A stretch of DNA of 63,262 nt, the filler included, from Hyphochytrium catenoides (lineage: Eukaryota > Protista > Hyphochytriomycota), in the NCBI GenBank assembly GCA_900088475.1. It is 14 parts of 14 records of this genome, joined end to end, with 100 filler letters (N's around TTAATTAATTAA, not from the genome) between each part and the next. Parts side by side here need not be neighbours in the genome. Positions count along the whole stretch, not along the records: positions 1 to 1,747 come from FLMG01003518.1; positions 1,848 to 4,739 come from FLMG01003542.1; positions 4,840 to 11,172 come from FLMG01002081.1; positions 11,273 to 12,903 come from FLMG01003375.1; 10 more parts are not named here. One strand, written 5' to 3'. Of this stretch, positions 1 through 12,903 are shown piece after piece; within the stretch, counting starts at the first letter, position 1; each line of letters begins with the position of its first letter. Below the pieces are notes generated by a model. The model saw only the letters and a program-made list of their open reading frames with translations, did no database searches and was not told the origin of the DNA. The position numbers and the translations under genes were made by a program.

Positions 1-1747
1 GAGGAGGCTGTGGACTGTAGTGTGTGATGACGGAGACCGCGAACAGCCTCCCTCAACACCGGCCTCTTTCAATATTTCGTCGCCATCGGCAGGGACAGCA
101 GGCCCCATCATCAGGGAGGAGGGATGGCGGTGGGCTGCTAGCTGCCGCCCTGCTTCTGGGATGAGGAACATCCTATTGAAAGCGGGGGAAGGGGCGTCGA
201 TACGACTTCTTCATTGTCTTCCAGGCTTGAGAGAGAGGAAAATCTGAAGCACAATGTCCCTTATAACTATAAGCTTCAGCTCCTTAGCGATACAGAGAGG
301 AGAAGTAAGAAAGAAAAGTCATGAGGGGGGAGACGAGATTGTGGCTGCCTTGAGCCACTCTTCCCTACTGTGTCTTCTCTCTTTGCTGTTCAATATCGCA
401 TTTCCACGTTCTAGCAACAAAAAGCCTCCTTTGTAACACTCCGGAGTTCGGCGGCCAGAGTCAGCAGCAGCAGGAGGAGGAGAGGAGTGATTGAAGGAAG
501 CTCAGTCGAGCAGTGAATCATTACTACTCAGTCTTCTAGCTACACGTCTAGAAGGTTTTGCATTACGATACCCGAAAGGCTTTTCTGAAAGCTGACACAT
601 GTCTGTCCATATCGGTCTTCCTGCCATAGAGCCGTCCGCTTTAGTTCTCTTGACCTATAAAAAACCCATTTTGAGCCAATAGATTAGTAGCCTTTCAAGC
701 AGGACCGAGTTGGTCAGGATCCATGTCTCTATCCTCTCTTCTTCAAGGCGGCGATGCGATTGACTTCATTTATGTAAATGACAGTCTGGTAGTAACTTCC
801 GCTAGCATCAAGCTCGCCAAGAACTTTGAGGCCTCATCAGCTTGGCAGTCGTTACATCATTACTTGTTTCGCCAATGCTCGCTCCTATCTGGGTCTTAAA
901 ATGTCCTTGAACCGAAAGAAGGCAGGTGATCTGGTTGGTCATCTATCTCTGTCATCACGTTCTGCTGCTTTTGCACTACACGATGGAAGAGCTTCCAACC
1001 AAACCTGCCCACTCATCAACTAGGACCATGATGGCTATTCCTAGCTGCTGCTGCTGCTGGGAGTTCTGCTTCTACTTATATCACGCTCGTAATTCTATGT
1101 CTTGTCACAATAGAGGATGCCCATCGGTCCTGCTGGCAATAGAGAAAGACGGATCGAGGAACTGCGGTACCGCAGGCAGCTACTCTCAGACATAGGACAT
1201 AGCGAAACGGGTGCTAATAAGGCAACGGCGGCCGACACAAAGGAACAAGCAAGAGGAGCAGTAGTTCGTAGCTGCAGGTAAGAACTGGGAGGAGACATGA
1301 CCGAAGACAGAGAGAGAGGACAAGAGAACTTTGTAGGAAGTGTAAGACGGGAACTGCTTGAGAGAGAGCCAAGAGAGCTTGAAACAGAGAGCCAAAAGAG
1401 AAAGAGACACAGGGAAATAATAGAGATTGACAGGAGGAGGAGGAAGAAGAAGAAGGAGACAGGGGTAGAAGAAGGCGGGGCCACGGATGTGAAAAGAAGT
1501 GCACTGCTGGCGGACGCATCGTCCGGTGTCGGAAGGAGAGAACTCAAATGTCCGGTACTTGCAGACGAAACGACGCGGCAGCAGCTATAAGCCAAACCGG
1601 GTCTAGAAATTTCAAATCATGTATTGTACATTTCCATAGAGAAATAACGGTTCTAGCCTTATCCATAGATACTATATAGGGCAACTATTTATTTCTAACA
1701 AGAATCCTGTCCTTGTTGAGGCTCCCCAGCATGAAAGGACGCGATCT

Positions 1748-1847
1748 NNNNNNNNNNNNNNNNNNNNNNNNNNNNNNNNNNNNNNNNNNNNTTAATTAAT
1801 TAANNNNNNNNNNNNNNNNNNNNNNNNNNNNNNNNNNNNNNNNNNNN
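1748..1847. other. Artificial contig-joining linker (N-run, TTAATTAATTAA, N-run); recurs at about 4740, 11173, 12904, 36294, 37803, 43249, 44352, 45718, 47837, 53726, 58135 and 61966
   Basis: The same 12-mer, with stop codons in all six frames, sits in the middle of a ~100-nt N block 13 times. Sequence character changes abruptly across each one. Confidence 0.97.
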
Positions 1848-1851
1848 CACA

Positions 1852-3108
1852 ATGTTCCGCGCCGACTGCAAACTGTCGGTCCCTTCCCTTGATGAGACGT
1901 TTGTGAGAGTGTATGGCCAACAGCTGTGGGTGCAGGCTGAAGAGAACGGAGAGACAAAGACTGAGCCTCTCCTGGAAGAGGTGCCGCGTAAGAACAGGAG
2001 AACGATAGGCCTTCAAGGGAGATACCTTCTCAGTCATGAAGAACTGTCACCAACTATTGTCCCTGACTCTCCTATCTCGCCTATCCATGTCTCTTCTCGA
2101 AATGCCACTCTCGCCCATACATGTCCTGCCCTGTCTAAATCTCTTTCTAATAGGACAAATATTCCGTCTTTATTCTACGCCTCAGCCCTGGCTAGCGATA
2201 GGACGGCCGGAGAGGGTCTGGTACAAGGTACCGACGGACGAAGGACTAGGTATGGTCTCTCACTAACCTGCTTGCTTCTGATCGCAGCGCTTGAGCCTCT
2301 TCCTTTTTCGCTCTCTCTCCTTGTGTCGGTCTCTAGCTCCCACTTCGGGATCTCGGCCTCTTTGCGTCTCTCAAGCGCTGGCTTTGTTGCTCTGTTGGGC
2401 ATCTAGACCGGCTCTACCTACTACTACGTCGCCGTAAGGTGTAAGCTTTTATAGGCATCTATCCTCACTGGCTCTTCTTTCTTCGCTGTTGAAGCGGTGC
2501 TGGCGGAGGAGGCTCTGTTGGCCTTCAAGACTTTTGAGAAGACTCGAGTCCTGGGTGTCGCCAGTTGCGGGCGAGAGCTTGTTCCCCTGCGACGCTTTGG
2601 CTATTTCATCACCGATGCCAATAAGAGGAACACTGTCATAATAGAGGTAAGAAGACCGGAGAAAGATCCGGTTGAAAGGATTGTAGCTTCGACTCTCTCT
2701 CAATCTTACTCTGGCTGTTGGTGTGTACAGGAGATCAAACATCCAGGAAGCAATCTCTCTCTTTCTTACGCTGCCAAGCAGATCTGGTGGATCTTTCGAC
2801 TAGATGGAGAAGTCCATTCAGTTGAGCTAAATCACAGCTTGCAGGGTGGCGGTAGAGAGGTGAAGCTGGACCGAAAGACTGTGCTCTCTTCGAGACCTCT
2901 TTCTTCTCTCCTGTGGGACAAGGGAAGCGAGCATACCTTCTCTCTTGGTTCACACACAATCGCTTTGTCAATTGCCTTAGAGGGCTCATTCTTCTCGTTT
3001 GACCTTCAGTACTTTACCTATCAGTTATCTATCGATGGACAGCCTATGAGGCAGCTTACACCTGGAGAGGAGATTGACTTTGAGTTTGATGCGGGCTTAG
3101 ATCTATAA
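1852..3108 (+). CDS. Multi-exon protein with C-terminal FAIM1-like (Fas apoptotic inhibitory molecule) beta domain; start uncertain (contig edge)
   Basis: Exons at about 1852-1987, 2154-2249, 2407-2433, 2494-2646 and 2731-3108 splice in frame with GT-AG ends. The C-terminus WWIFRLDGEVHSVELNHSLQGGGREVKLDRK...HTFSLG...YFTYQLSIDGQPM resembles the FAIM1 pattern W-x-LxDGxHxIEFEHGxxSGKRxxxVDGK...YEYxLxIxGK (recognised by eye). Confidence 0.65.
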
Positions 3109-3557
3109 CCAGCGGCAGCATGACAGCGTCATCGTGAATAACGGCAGGAGGAATGTGGAGACAGATTATCGGAAGCTTAAGACTGCGAAGAGAGAGAGAA
3201 AGAGAGCGACAGACCGACAGCGGTAATCGGAATACCAGAGAGTATGGCAGAGAAGCCTTTGGCTTGTAGATAACTTGTACCGATAAATTTACATAGAAAG
3301 GCAAACGGATCCTGCTTTTAACTTCCTCACTCTACTGGCCCAGCTCTGGAAGAATGGTAGAGCACGTGTAAAGAGAGACATAGTGGGCGAACGACTAGAA
3401 GTTAAGAGAAAGGCAAGATGCACGGGTGTACAAGGATCAATCGGTTGAAGCGATGGACCTCTTTCATCCTAACAGAAGTGCAGCGAAAGACACGCTGAGA
3501 CGTAAAATATAAGCCACCATGCTCTGCTTGTTCGCCAGTCAACGCTAATTAGGAGAG

Positions 3558-4735
3558 CTAATGGGCTGGGACCTGGGTGATCTTGCCTAGCACGAAGGTC
3601 GGTCGCAGGCGTTGATGGACAATAATCTGCGCTATGATCCATACATTTGCAAGAAAGAAGAGAATGCCAGCTATCCAGATCTGACGGCAACCAAGAAGAT
3701 GACGGGGAGCGTCAAGGGTTTTAGCTTCTCCACGGGTTGAGAATAGACATCAATGTGCAGGGCGCGCTGGCTTAGGAGGGATGATTTCGCTGTCTCTTTT
3801 CCTCCTCCTCTATTGTTTCTCTCCTGCTCTCTTCTCCATTTTCGCTCTCTCAATAATCCTATTCCTTACTCTGTGTCCCTCAGCGTCACCGTGGCACTAA
3901 CACCAGAGAAGACGTACCTGATAAAAGGTATTCTCTCCCTCAAACTCTAGTAGATACGCCCAGTACAGCCAATGAAGCTGGTGTGACGAGTGTTGCCAAC
4001 AGCCGAAAGAGAGAGAAAGAGAGAGAGAGCGCGAGAGAGAAAAATAGAGGCGCAAGGAAGGAAGATTTTTTTAGCCCTTTCAAGCCAAGCTTCCGCAAAA
4101 AGGTAGCTAAAGGAAGAGGAGGAAACGCGATGCTGACGTTCGATATGTGGACAGTAGAAGGAAAGAATCCTGGACTTGACAAAGAGAAGAGGAGATCTGC
4201 ACGTACTTCCGTCGCGAACCAGGCCCCAATCATCAGACCTCCTTTCCACTTCAACCTCAATCGACTTGCCGCAAGGACAAGGGGGAGAAGGGAGGTGTAC
4301 CAGACGAAGTACTAGGATACAGCGAGGAGGAGATGGGAAGTGAAGAGATCAACAGCAAGACATTCATGAGGTTAATTAGTCAGAAGGAGACAGCTGTGAT
4401 GCTAGGCTTTACAAGACGGGTTTTGACGCCTAAGGCGAACAAGGGAAATGGCAAAGAAACATACGCAGCTGCCAGGAAGGTAAGAAGCATGGCCAAGAAG
4501 AGACACGAGATAGCCTAAGTTGAGAGAGCTGAGACTGAAAAGAGTGGATAAGGTGTCTAGAGAGAAACAAGATGGAACCAGGTAATTGGCCTCAATGCCA
4601 AAGCATGACAGCCACGCTGTCTGTTACCTGGGCGGTGCAAACCTTGTTGAAGGTGACGAAGGAGAGCGTGTGAAGGAAGAGAGAGAGAGGAAGATCTTTG
4701 CCAAGAAAGAGGGTGATTCCAAGGGTGAGCAGGAC
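3558..4735 (-). CDS. PIGM: GPI mannosyltransferase I (PIG-M), 3' four exons, 5'-partial
   Basis: Exons 4735-4628, 4311-4207, 3977-3918 and 3680-3558 splice to ...LSFVTFNKVCTAQ|YFVWYTSLLPLVL...GAWFATE|LHWLYWAYLLEFEGENTFYQ|IWIAGILFFLANVWII...*. This contains the PIG-M motifs FVTFNKVCTxQYFxWY and AYxLEFxGxNTF. Confidence 0.93.
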
Positions 4736-4839
4736 CTACNNNNNNNNNNNNNNNNNNNNNNNNNNNNNNNNNNNNNNNNNNNNTTAATTAATTAANNNNN
4801 NNNNNNNNNNNNNNNNNNNNNNNNNNNNNNNNNNNNNNN

Positions 4840-4994
4840 GCTGGCGCAGCTGGCGCTCAGGTTCTCTCTCTCTCGTCTCAGGCCGAGAGGGACATTCGTT
4901 ACCAAGGTGAGGGGGAGAAAGAGAGAGAGAGAGAGAGAGAGAAAAGAGAGGGAAGAGAGAGGGAGAGAGAGATAAGAGGGAGAGAGAGACAGAG

Positions 4995-5035
<41 letters not shown>

Positions 5036-5318
5036 TGGATAAATGAGAGCAGGAAGAGAGTGGTTTGAGGTTAAAAGAGAAAACATAAAGCACTAATCAG
5101 GAGCAAGGAGACAGCGGGCATACCCGACATTGTAAACAGAGAGAGAGAGAGAGAGCAAGAGAGAGAGAGAAAGAGAAAGATGAGAGAAGAGAAAGAGGCA
5201 GAGAGCTTTTGACAAGGGATATTCTTGTGTCGTTCCCTACTTCTCAACTACTTCCTCTTGCCTTCTTATCTCGCTCTCTCTCTGTGTCTGTGTCTGTCTC
5301 TGTCTGTCTGTCTTTCTC

Positions 5319-5379
<61 letters not shown>

Positions 5380-6309
5380 TTGTTAGCTGCTCCAGGGAGA
5401 GAGAGAGAAGTCCTTTCAAGAGCTGTTGAAGCGAAGATTTGACTCTGTTCGTAGTTTCAAGCCCGCAGCCTCTAGAGGAGAATCTTCTGAAATGTTTCTC
5501 ATCGCCCAGGGACCCAAGCCTCTTCCTCTCTCTCCCTCTCTCTCTCCCGAGGGAGAGAACAACTAGGTATGAGAGAGTGAGCGGGAGGAAAGACGAAGAA
5601 GAAGAAAAAAAAGAAGAGAGAGAGAGAGAGAGAGAGGTAGTGAGAGAGAGAGAGGGGGAGAGACAGANNNNNNNNNNNNNNNNNNNNNNNNNNNNNNNNN
5701 NNNNNNNNNNNNNNNNNNNNNNNNNNNNAGAGAGAGAGGAGAGAGAGAGGAGAGAGAGAGAGAGTGAGAGAGAGGAAAGACGAAGAAAGGGAGAGAGAGA
5801 GGGAGATGAAAGGCTAGAATATGTGACATGAAGACAAAACAAATGGTAGAATGGGGCTTATAAAGCGCGAAAGAGAGAGAGAAAAAGAGAGAGACAAAGA
5901 CTGGAGAAGGTGATGAGAAGGAGAGAAGCCGAGGATCCAAAAGTAAGAGTAGAAGAGAGAGAGAGAGAAAGAGAGAGAGATGTTGCCGCCTTTCCATGTA
6001 TTGATTGTACGTTGGGTGTCTAACTCTATGGCGCTCGTCTCTCTCTCTTTCCCGCACTCACTCCGTTCTTTCTCACTCCGTTCTTTATCTCTCTCTCTCT
6101 CTCTCTGTCCTTCTCCTCCCTCTCCCCATAATTTCTTCGCAGACATGAGGCTTTAGAATGCTGAAGATTATTCTCTCTATGTAACCCTCACCTCTCTCTC
6201 TCTCTCTCTCTCTCTCTCCCCTCAAACACACACTCTCTCTGTGTCTCTCTCCCTCTCTCTCCTCTTTCAGTAGAGTTCATTCACTTCATCGTGCCTTGCT
6301 TGAATTTAG

Positions 6310-6340
<31 letters not shown>

Positions 6341-6536
6341 ACGATAAGCGTCTCCTCTTACTACCATATATTTATAAATATCTTGGGCGTATATCTTCCT
6401 TTTGATGCTTCTCTGTCTTCTCTCTTTCTCTCTCTCTCTTTCTCTTTTCCTCCCTCCGTTCCGACTCCCGCTGCGAAGACCACACTTTCCTTTTCTTTTG
6501 TCTCGTCTTCTCTGCATCTTTCTTTCTCTCTCTCCC

Positions 6537-6599
<63 letters not shown>

Positions 6600-7145
6600 C
6601 TCTCTCTTCCTCACTCTCTCTCTCTTCCTTCTTGCTCTGTCTCCGTCTCCCTTTCTCTCTCTGCATAAATGTATTATAAAAAGTGGACAACAGGTGATGC
6701 ACTTGGGTTGCTTTCTCTCTTTGGTCTTTTGCTGCTGCTTTTAATCTTCTCCCCAAGCTTCTCCCTTTCCTTTCACCTTTCGGAGAGGAAAGAGAGAGAG
6801 CAGAGAGAGAGAGAGCGAGCGAGAGCGGGGCCAAGTGGCAGGAGGAGCGAAAGGAACAAGAAGGAGAGAGGGAGGGAGAGAAGTTGAGAGGAGAAGAGGA
6901 AAGAGAGAGAGAGAGAGAGTGCAATCAAAGAGAGAGAAGTGGGGGGTTACCTTCGTGTCTTAAGTTCGGAAGCCAGCATTCTTATGAAGGATCCGTACGG
7001 CCCTTAACATTACCTCACTCAAATATATTCGGAATAGGAACGGTTTGTCCCTTTATTGGGATTTGTCCGTTATCTTCGTTTCTTGTTTGCACTCTTCTTA
7101 TGATCCTTTCCCTTTTTCTGGTAGAGGATCCTTTCATCCGCTTCA

Positions 7146-7191
<46 letters not shown>

Positions 7192-7350
7192 TTCCGTCCC
7201 TCTCTTTTTCTCTCTTTTCTCTCCTCTCTCTCCTCCATCAAGCCCCTTCTGTCTTCTCCCGTTGCCTCTTCGTTGCTCTCTGCAGTGTCAAAGCCAAGAA
7301 GAGACACGCCTTCCAGGTCGCAAGACACAAGCAACCAGGAATAGCGTGCC

Positions 7351-7395
<45 letters not shown>

Positions 7396-8039
7396 GTTGT
7401 GTCTCTCTCTTTCCCTTTCTCCGTTTCTCTCTTCTGCTGGCTTATCGTCTTTCTGGTCCAGCCCATAATAAAACGGCTTGATAGAAGAGAAGAAGTCAAA
7501 GAGAGAGAGGGAGAAGAAGCCCGAGAGAGAGCAGGAGGTTCTCCTTTCTTTTTCCCTTTCTTCTGCGCTCTCTCTCTCCTTCTCACTTTAGTAGTTCACG
7601 GAGCAAAAGATGATCTCTGGTAAGAAGAGAGACTGTCATTGTCTCTCTCTAACAGTTTCTCCCACAATTCTCTCTTTTTAGTGTCTCTCTTCTCTCTTTC
7701 TCTCTTTCTCTCCCTTTCTGTCATTCGCTTTCTCTTACTGTCTCTCTCTTTCATCTTCTGGCGTTCTCTGTCTGTTCGGATATTGTCTGTCTTCCTCATC
7801 ACTAGTCCAGCTAGCCATTTTGTGTCTCCTTTCTCTCTTCCTCTTTCTCTCTCTCTCTCTCTCTTCCTTGACCTCTGAAACCCCTCTCCTCCCCTCCTTC
7901 TTTCTCTCTCTGCCTCTCTCTCCCTCTCTCTCTCTTTTTCACTCTCTCTCCTCCCTCGTCTCTCTTTCTTTCTCCTCTCTCTCTCCTTTTCTCTCTCACT
8001 CTTTCCCCTCTTCCCCATAACCCCTCTCTCTCCTGTCCT

Positions 8040-8095
<56 letters not shown>

Positions 8096-8463
8096 AAGCA
8101 GCCAGGTCTGGAGCTGTCCCAGCGCCTCAGATCCGGTCGGGACTAGGCGGTAATGGCTCTCCTCCCCATACAAATGTTAGGGTTTCAACGCCGGTCACCC
8201 CGGCAGGACGGCGATACCTTCTCTCTCCCTCGGACAATTCTCTCTCTCTCTCTTCTCTCTCCGCCTCTTTCTCTTCTCTCCCTGCAGAAATGGCAGCTAA
8301 CATAGGGAAGAACTCTGTGTCTTCTGAGGCGAGGAGAGAGAGAGAAATCGGGAAGAAAGGAGGAAAGAGAGGACTGCCGCTTCCTGAAGCCTCTGATAAT
8401 ATTAGAGAAGATCTGCATACGCTGCGCGTCAGAGCTGCGGATAAAAAGGTAAGAGAGACACAG

Positions 8464-8499
<36 letters not shown>

Positions 8500-9017
8500 G
8501 GACAGAGAGAGAGAGAGAGAAGAATGTGAGAGAGAGGAGAGCTACACCACAGTCAGAAGCAGTCAGACGGACAAGGGGAGACAGACGGGGTGAAGGAGAG
8601 TGGTAAGAGAGAAAGAGAGCGCGCGCGAGACAGAGAAAGAGAGAGAGAGAGAGAGGAGAGAGAGCAAGCAGGGAGACAACCATACAGAATAACCACAGAG
8701 AGAAAAGGAGGAGTGAAGGAAGAGAGAGCCATATCTAGAAGAAAACTTATGAATGTGCTGTCATGAAGAGAGAATGGTAAATATCACTCTCTCCAATTTT
8801 TCCTTCTAAACCTTCTCTCTGTCTCTCTGACTCTCTCTCTCTCTCTGTCTCTCTCTCTCTCTTTCTTTCTCTCTCTCTCTCTGTCTCTCTCTTTTTCTTT
8901 TTTTCTCCACAGCAAGCGGAGTTGGCTGAGTATAACATGGTGCTCGATCCTTCAGTGACAGTGAAGAGCAGACCGACCCTAAGACCGCCGTGGAGCAAGA
9001 GGTAAAGAGAAAGACCT

Positions 9018-9055
<38 letters not shown>

Positions 9056-9450
9056 ATATATATATATCTGTCGCTTTTCTTTCTCTTTTTTTTATGCCTA
9101 TGGTTTTTCTTTCTTTCTTATTAACCTCCTCATCCTCCTACTCGTTTCTCCTCTCTGTTTACTCCTCCTCTCTCTCTCTCTCTCTTCTCCTCTTCCGTCC
9201 CCTTCTCTCTGTCCATTTCTCCTTCTCTCCTTTCTCTCTTGCTCTCTGTCTTTTCTCTCTCACTCCTCTCTTCTCTCTTTCTCTCTCTTCTTCTCTTCCT
9301 CTCTCTTTCACAAACTCTCTTTCTCTCTTTCTCTCTCCGCTTCTCTCTCCCTCTCTTCTTCATTCCCTCTTCTTTTCTCTCTGTCATACTCCCTTCTCTC
9401 GTTCTTCCTCCCTCCTTCTCTCTCTGTCCTTCCCTCACTTTTCTTTCTCT

Positions 9451-9516
<66 letters not shown>

Positions 9517-9693
9517 GAGCGAGAAGCCTTCCTTAGGGGCTGTCCTCCTCCCCCGCCAGCGGCGGGGAGAGTGCCTCTGAAAGGTTACACAGGGAGAGTC
9601 GCGGAGCTGAGGAATAAAGAGAAAGGCATCGCCGCCTTTCTCAAGGAAGAGAGCGGAAAGAGAGAAGACGGAAATATGGAGGTAAATGCTACA

Positions 9694-9739
<46 letters not shown>

Positions 9740-9850
9740 CTTGTTCATCCTCGTCAAAAGCACCTATTGAGTGGGAGAGAGTGCGGTATTGAAGAAGAAA
9801 GAAAGAGATATTGGGAGATTCAGAACAAGGAGTGTTACGCAAGAGAGATA

Positions 9851-9907
<57 letters not shown>

Positions 9908-10396
9908 GACAGAGAGAGACAGAGAGAGACAGAGAGAGACAGAGGAAGAGCTAAAATATAGCGAGAGAGAGAGACTCTTGGACAGAGAGGAGGAAACTTG
10001 ATCGTCAAAGTAGGGTCATTTTGAAGATTGTATCATGATCTAAACGTCTCCCCTCTCTCTCTTTTCTTTCTCTCTCTCTCTCCCCTTCTCTTTCTCTCTC
10101 TCTCTCTCTTACTCACGATCTCTCACCCCCTGCTATCTCAACCTCTCTGCCCTCCGCTTCCCAATCGTACGACTTTCCCTCAACTCTCCTCCAACCTTCT
10201 CTTTTGCTCTCTCTCTTTCTCTCTCTCTAGCTCTCTCTCCCCGCCGCTCCAAATACCGTCTCTCTCCCTTCGGCGGCGGAACACACTCTCTCTTCCCTGT
10301 CGCAAGATCTTCCACCTCCAGCACCTCTTTCTTCCTCTCTCAGGATGGGAGAACCCGCTAAACCAAGAGCCTCTCGCATCGTCAGTCAAATGGAAA

Positions 10397-10435
<39 letters not shown>

Positions 10436-11172
10436 GTTTCTCTCTCTTTAACTCTTTCTCTCTCACTCTGTCACACACACTCATTTTGTTCTTTCACATA
10501 GGAAGCTCTCCCTCCTCTCTCTTTCTCCCTCTCTCTTCTCTTATCATCCCCATTTTTGTAATTTTCTTAGAGACTCTTCCATTGTTGGAGTCTTTTCTCT
10601 CCTACGCTCTCTTTCTCTTCTTTCTCTTTCTCCTTTCGCTCTCTCTCTCTCTCTCTTTCGGTCTCTTTCCTTTCTTTCTCTTCACTTTCTTATCTCTCTT
10701 CCTCATACTCCCCTCTCTCTTTCTCTCTCTCTCTCTCTGTCTCCGTCTCTCTCACTCTCCTCTTTATATGGCAAGACTGAGAGTGAACTGGCTTTGATTA
10801 ACCGGCAAACAGCGGAAGAAAAGGCCAAACAGAAGAGAGAAGAGAAGCTTAAGGTGAGAGACAAGAGAGAAGAGAGGGAGAGAGAAAAAGAGAGAGAAAG
10901 AGAGCAAGACAGAGGCAAGGACTGAGGTCACAAAGCGCTATGGAGGGAAAGTGAGAGACAGAGGACGGGAGAGGGAGGGAGAGGAAAAAGCGAGAGAGAA
11001 GAGAGTGGCCAACGCACGAGGAGAGAACACCAGTATAGAGAGAGAGAAGAGAGAGACACACCTAGAAAGAGAGAAGGGCAGCCAGATGTGGAGACCGACG
11101 GGGAGAGAGCGAGAGCGAGAGAGACGCAGAGAGAGGGGGGAAACGAAGAGAGACAGAGAGAGAGAGAGAGAG
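4840..11172. repeat. (GA)n/(CT)n microsatellite-dominated contig
   Basis: Long alternating GA and CT dinucleotide tracts. They generate the spurious RERE/SLSL ORFs in the ORF track. Confidence 0.9.
7462..10853 (+). CDS. Unidentified multi-exon gene embedded in the microsatellite introns (partial; limits uncertain)
   Basis: Short non-repetitive islands follow CT-rich tracts plus AG and end in GTAAG/GTAAAG/GTGAG, at about 7462-7619, 8288-8448, 8912-9001, 10344-10380 and 10776-10853. No family recognised. Confidence 0.35.
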
Positions 11173-12339
11173 NNNNNNNNNNNNNNNNNNNNNNNNNNNN
11201 NNNNNNNNNNNNNNNNTTAATTAATTAANNNNNNNNNNNNNNNNNNNNNNNNNNNNNNNNNNNNNNNNNNNNCCTAGATAAGACCAAAGTAAAAGAACAA
11301 CCACAAAGAGTCAGATGAAAGAACGTGAGAGAAAGTTTGATCCTCAACAGCGACGAAGACCACGATCAGGAAGTTGATAATGACAATGCTGCTTAGGGAC
11401 AAGGGCTTCACGGTAGGTGTTTGGGAATTCTTGAGGTAAGAGACAGAGCAGACGGAGGAAGCGATGGAAAAAAGAGGTAGGATTTTCAGAGGGGTAACAC
11501 CAAGAGAAGAACGAAACGTAAGAACGGAGAAGCGATAGGAGAGCCGTAGCAGAGGACACAGGCGGAATGATACCGAAAAGTAAAAGATGGCTACGAAACG
11601 GTAAGGCCAGGAGCAAGGAAAAAGTAAAGTGAGAAAAAGATCGAATAAATTGAAGAAAAGAGAACAAGGAAAAAACAGTTAGAGGAGCATTCGCAGAGGA
11701 AAGAGGTGAATGACACGGAAGGCGACAGGTACAAGAAGACGCTAAGGACCGGGGCAGCAAGAGGATGGAGAGTGGATAACATAAAAGAAGGTGGCAAAGA
11801 CAAAAGCGAGAAAGGGAGAGCTGTGAGGAAAGAGGTAGCGTGAATAGCGCAGATGGGAGCGATGGAAGGAAGAGGTAGGAACTACAGACCAACGACAGAA
11901 AACATCAAGAGGACAAAGGGGAAGTGGATAGAAGAGAAGTAGAAGGGGAAAGAGACGAAAAGGGAATGGCAAGGAAGCACGAGAAGACGCCAAGCGGAAT
12001 AAGTAGGTATAGGGACGCGGAAAATCGGGTTAGACTATGGTTGATAACCGGATAAAACGCGAGATTGGACGAACAAGCAGACGGACGACAAGAGTCGCAG
12101 TGGTGAGAATAGGGTGTGGCTTAGTGGAGCAGTAACTTAGGTATGGGGCAGGCCGGACATAGATTAGCAAAACCAGTCAGGGCTAAAGAGCGGATCAAAG
12201 CTTAGATCAGAAAATCAAGGCTGACCACGCTTGAGCAGAGAACGTGTAAGGGCAACAGCTTGGCGAGCATGGAGTATTAGGGTAACTAATTATGCCGCGG
12301 TATAGTACCGCATAGCAAGGTAGTACCGCATAGCAAGGT

Positions 12340-12903
12340 AGTGGTTTGGGCTACGTTCAGGGCAGCGAAAAAGGGCAGCGGATAAGGACAGCAGGTAAGG
12401 GTATCAGGTTAGGACAGCTTCTAGCGTTAGGGCGACGAGCTAGTGAAACGGGTTTGGAGAAAAAATTGGATTAAAATTACGGCGGTGGGTTAGGATCAAG
12501 GGGAGGGCTAGGATTAGGACCAGCGATTAGGATTAGACGAGTGAGGTAGGATTAGAAAAGCGCGTTAACATCAAAGCGTGGGCTAGGATTAGGACAAGCA
12601 TTTTTAAATGATACAAGGGATAGGTCTAAGGAAATGGATGAAAAAAGACGAGGGCAGAGGGATAGGTCGGAAGGTTACCGCAGTACCGGAAGCGGGCAAG
12701 GGCAGCGGGAGAGGGTTAGGGCAGCATGTTAGAGCAGCGGTTAGGGCAGTGAATGAGGGCAGTTGGTAGGGGCAGTGGGTTAGAGCAGCGGTTCAAGCAG
12801 TAGGTTAGCGCAGCGGGTAAGAGCAGCGCGTTAGGGGAGCGGGTTAAGGCAGGGGGTTAGGGCAGCGCGTTACGGCCCGGTTTTGGGGCAGCTGGTTAGG
12901 GTT
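12340..12903 (+). repeat. Subtelomeric satellite of degenerate telomere-derived units (approx. GGGTTAGGGCAGC), ending in TTAGGGTT at the contig end
   Basis: Many TTAGGGCAGC / TTAGAGCAGC / GGTTAG variants whose density rises toward 12903. It is the reverse complement of the satellite type at 47975-48920. Confidence 0.75.

Noticed and set aside
1-1747. Possible minus-strand multi-exon gene
   Set aside because: Some exon-like segments exist, but I could not assemble a consistent spliced frame or recognise a family.
4840-11172. Numerous RERERE / SLSLSL ORFs (also at 36394-37800, 49150-49530 and 53825-54600)
   Set aside because: They are translations of GA/CT microsatellites, which lack stop codons.
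12303-12342. 18-bp tandem duplication TAGTACCGCATAGCAAGG
   Set aside because: Only two adjacent copies with no spacers: a simple slippage duplication.
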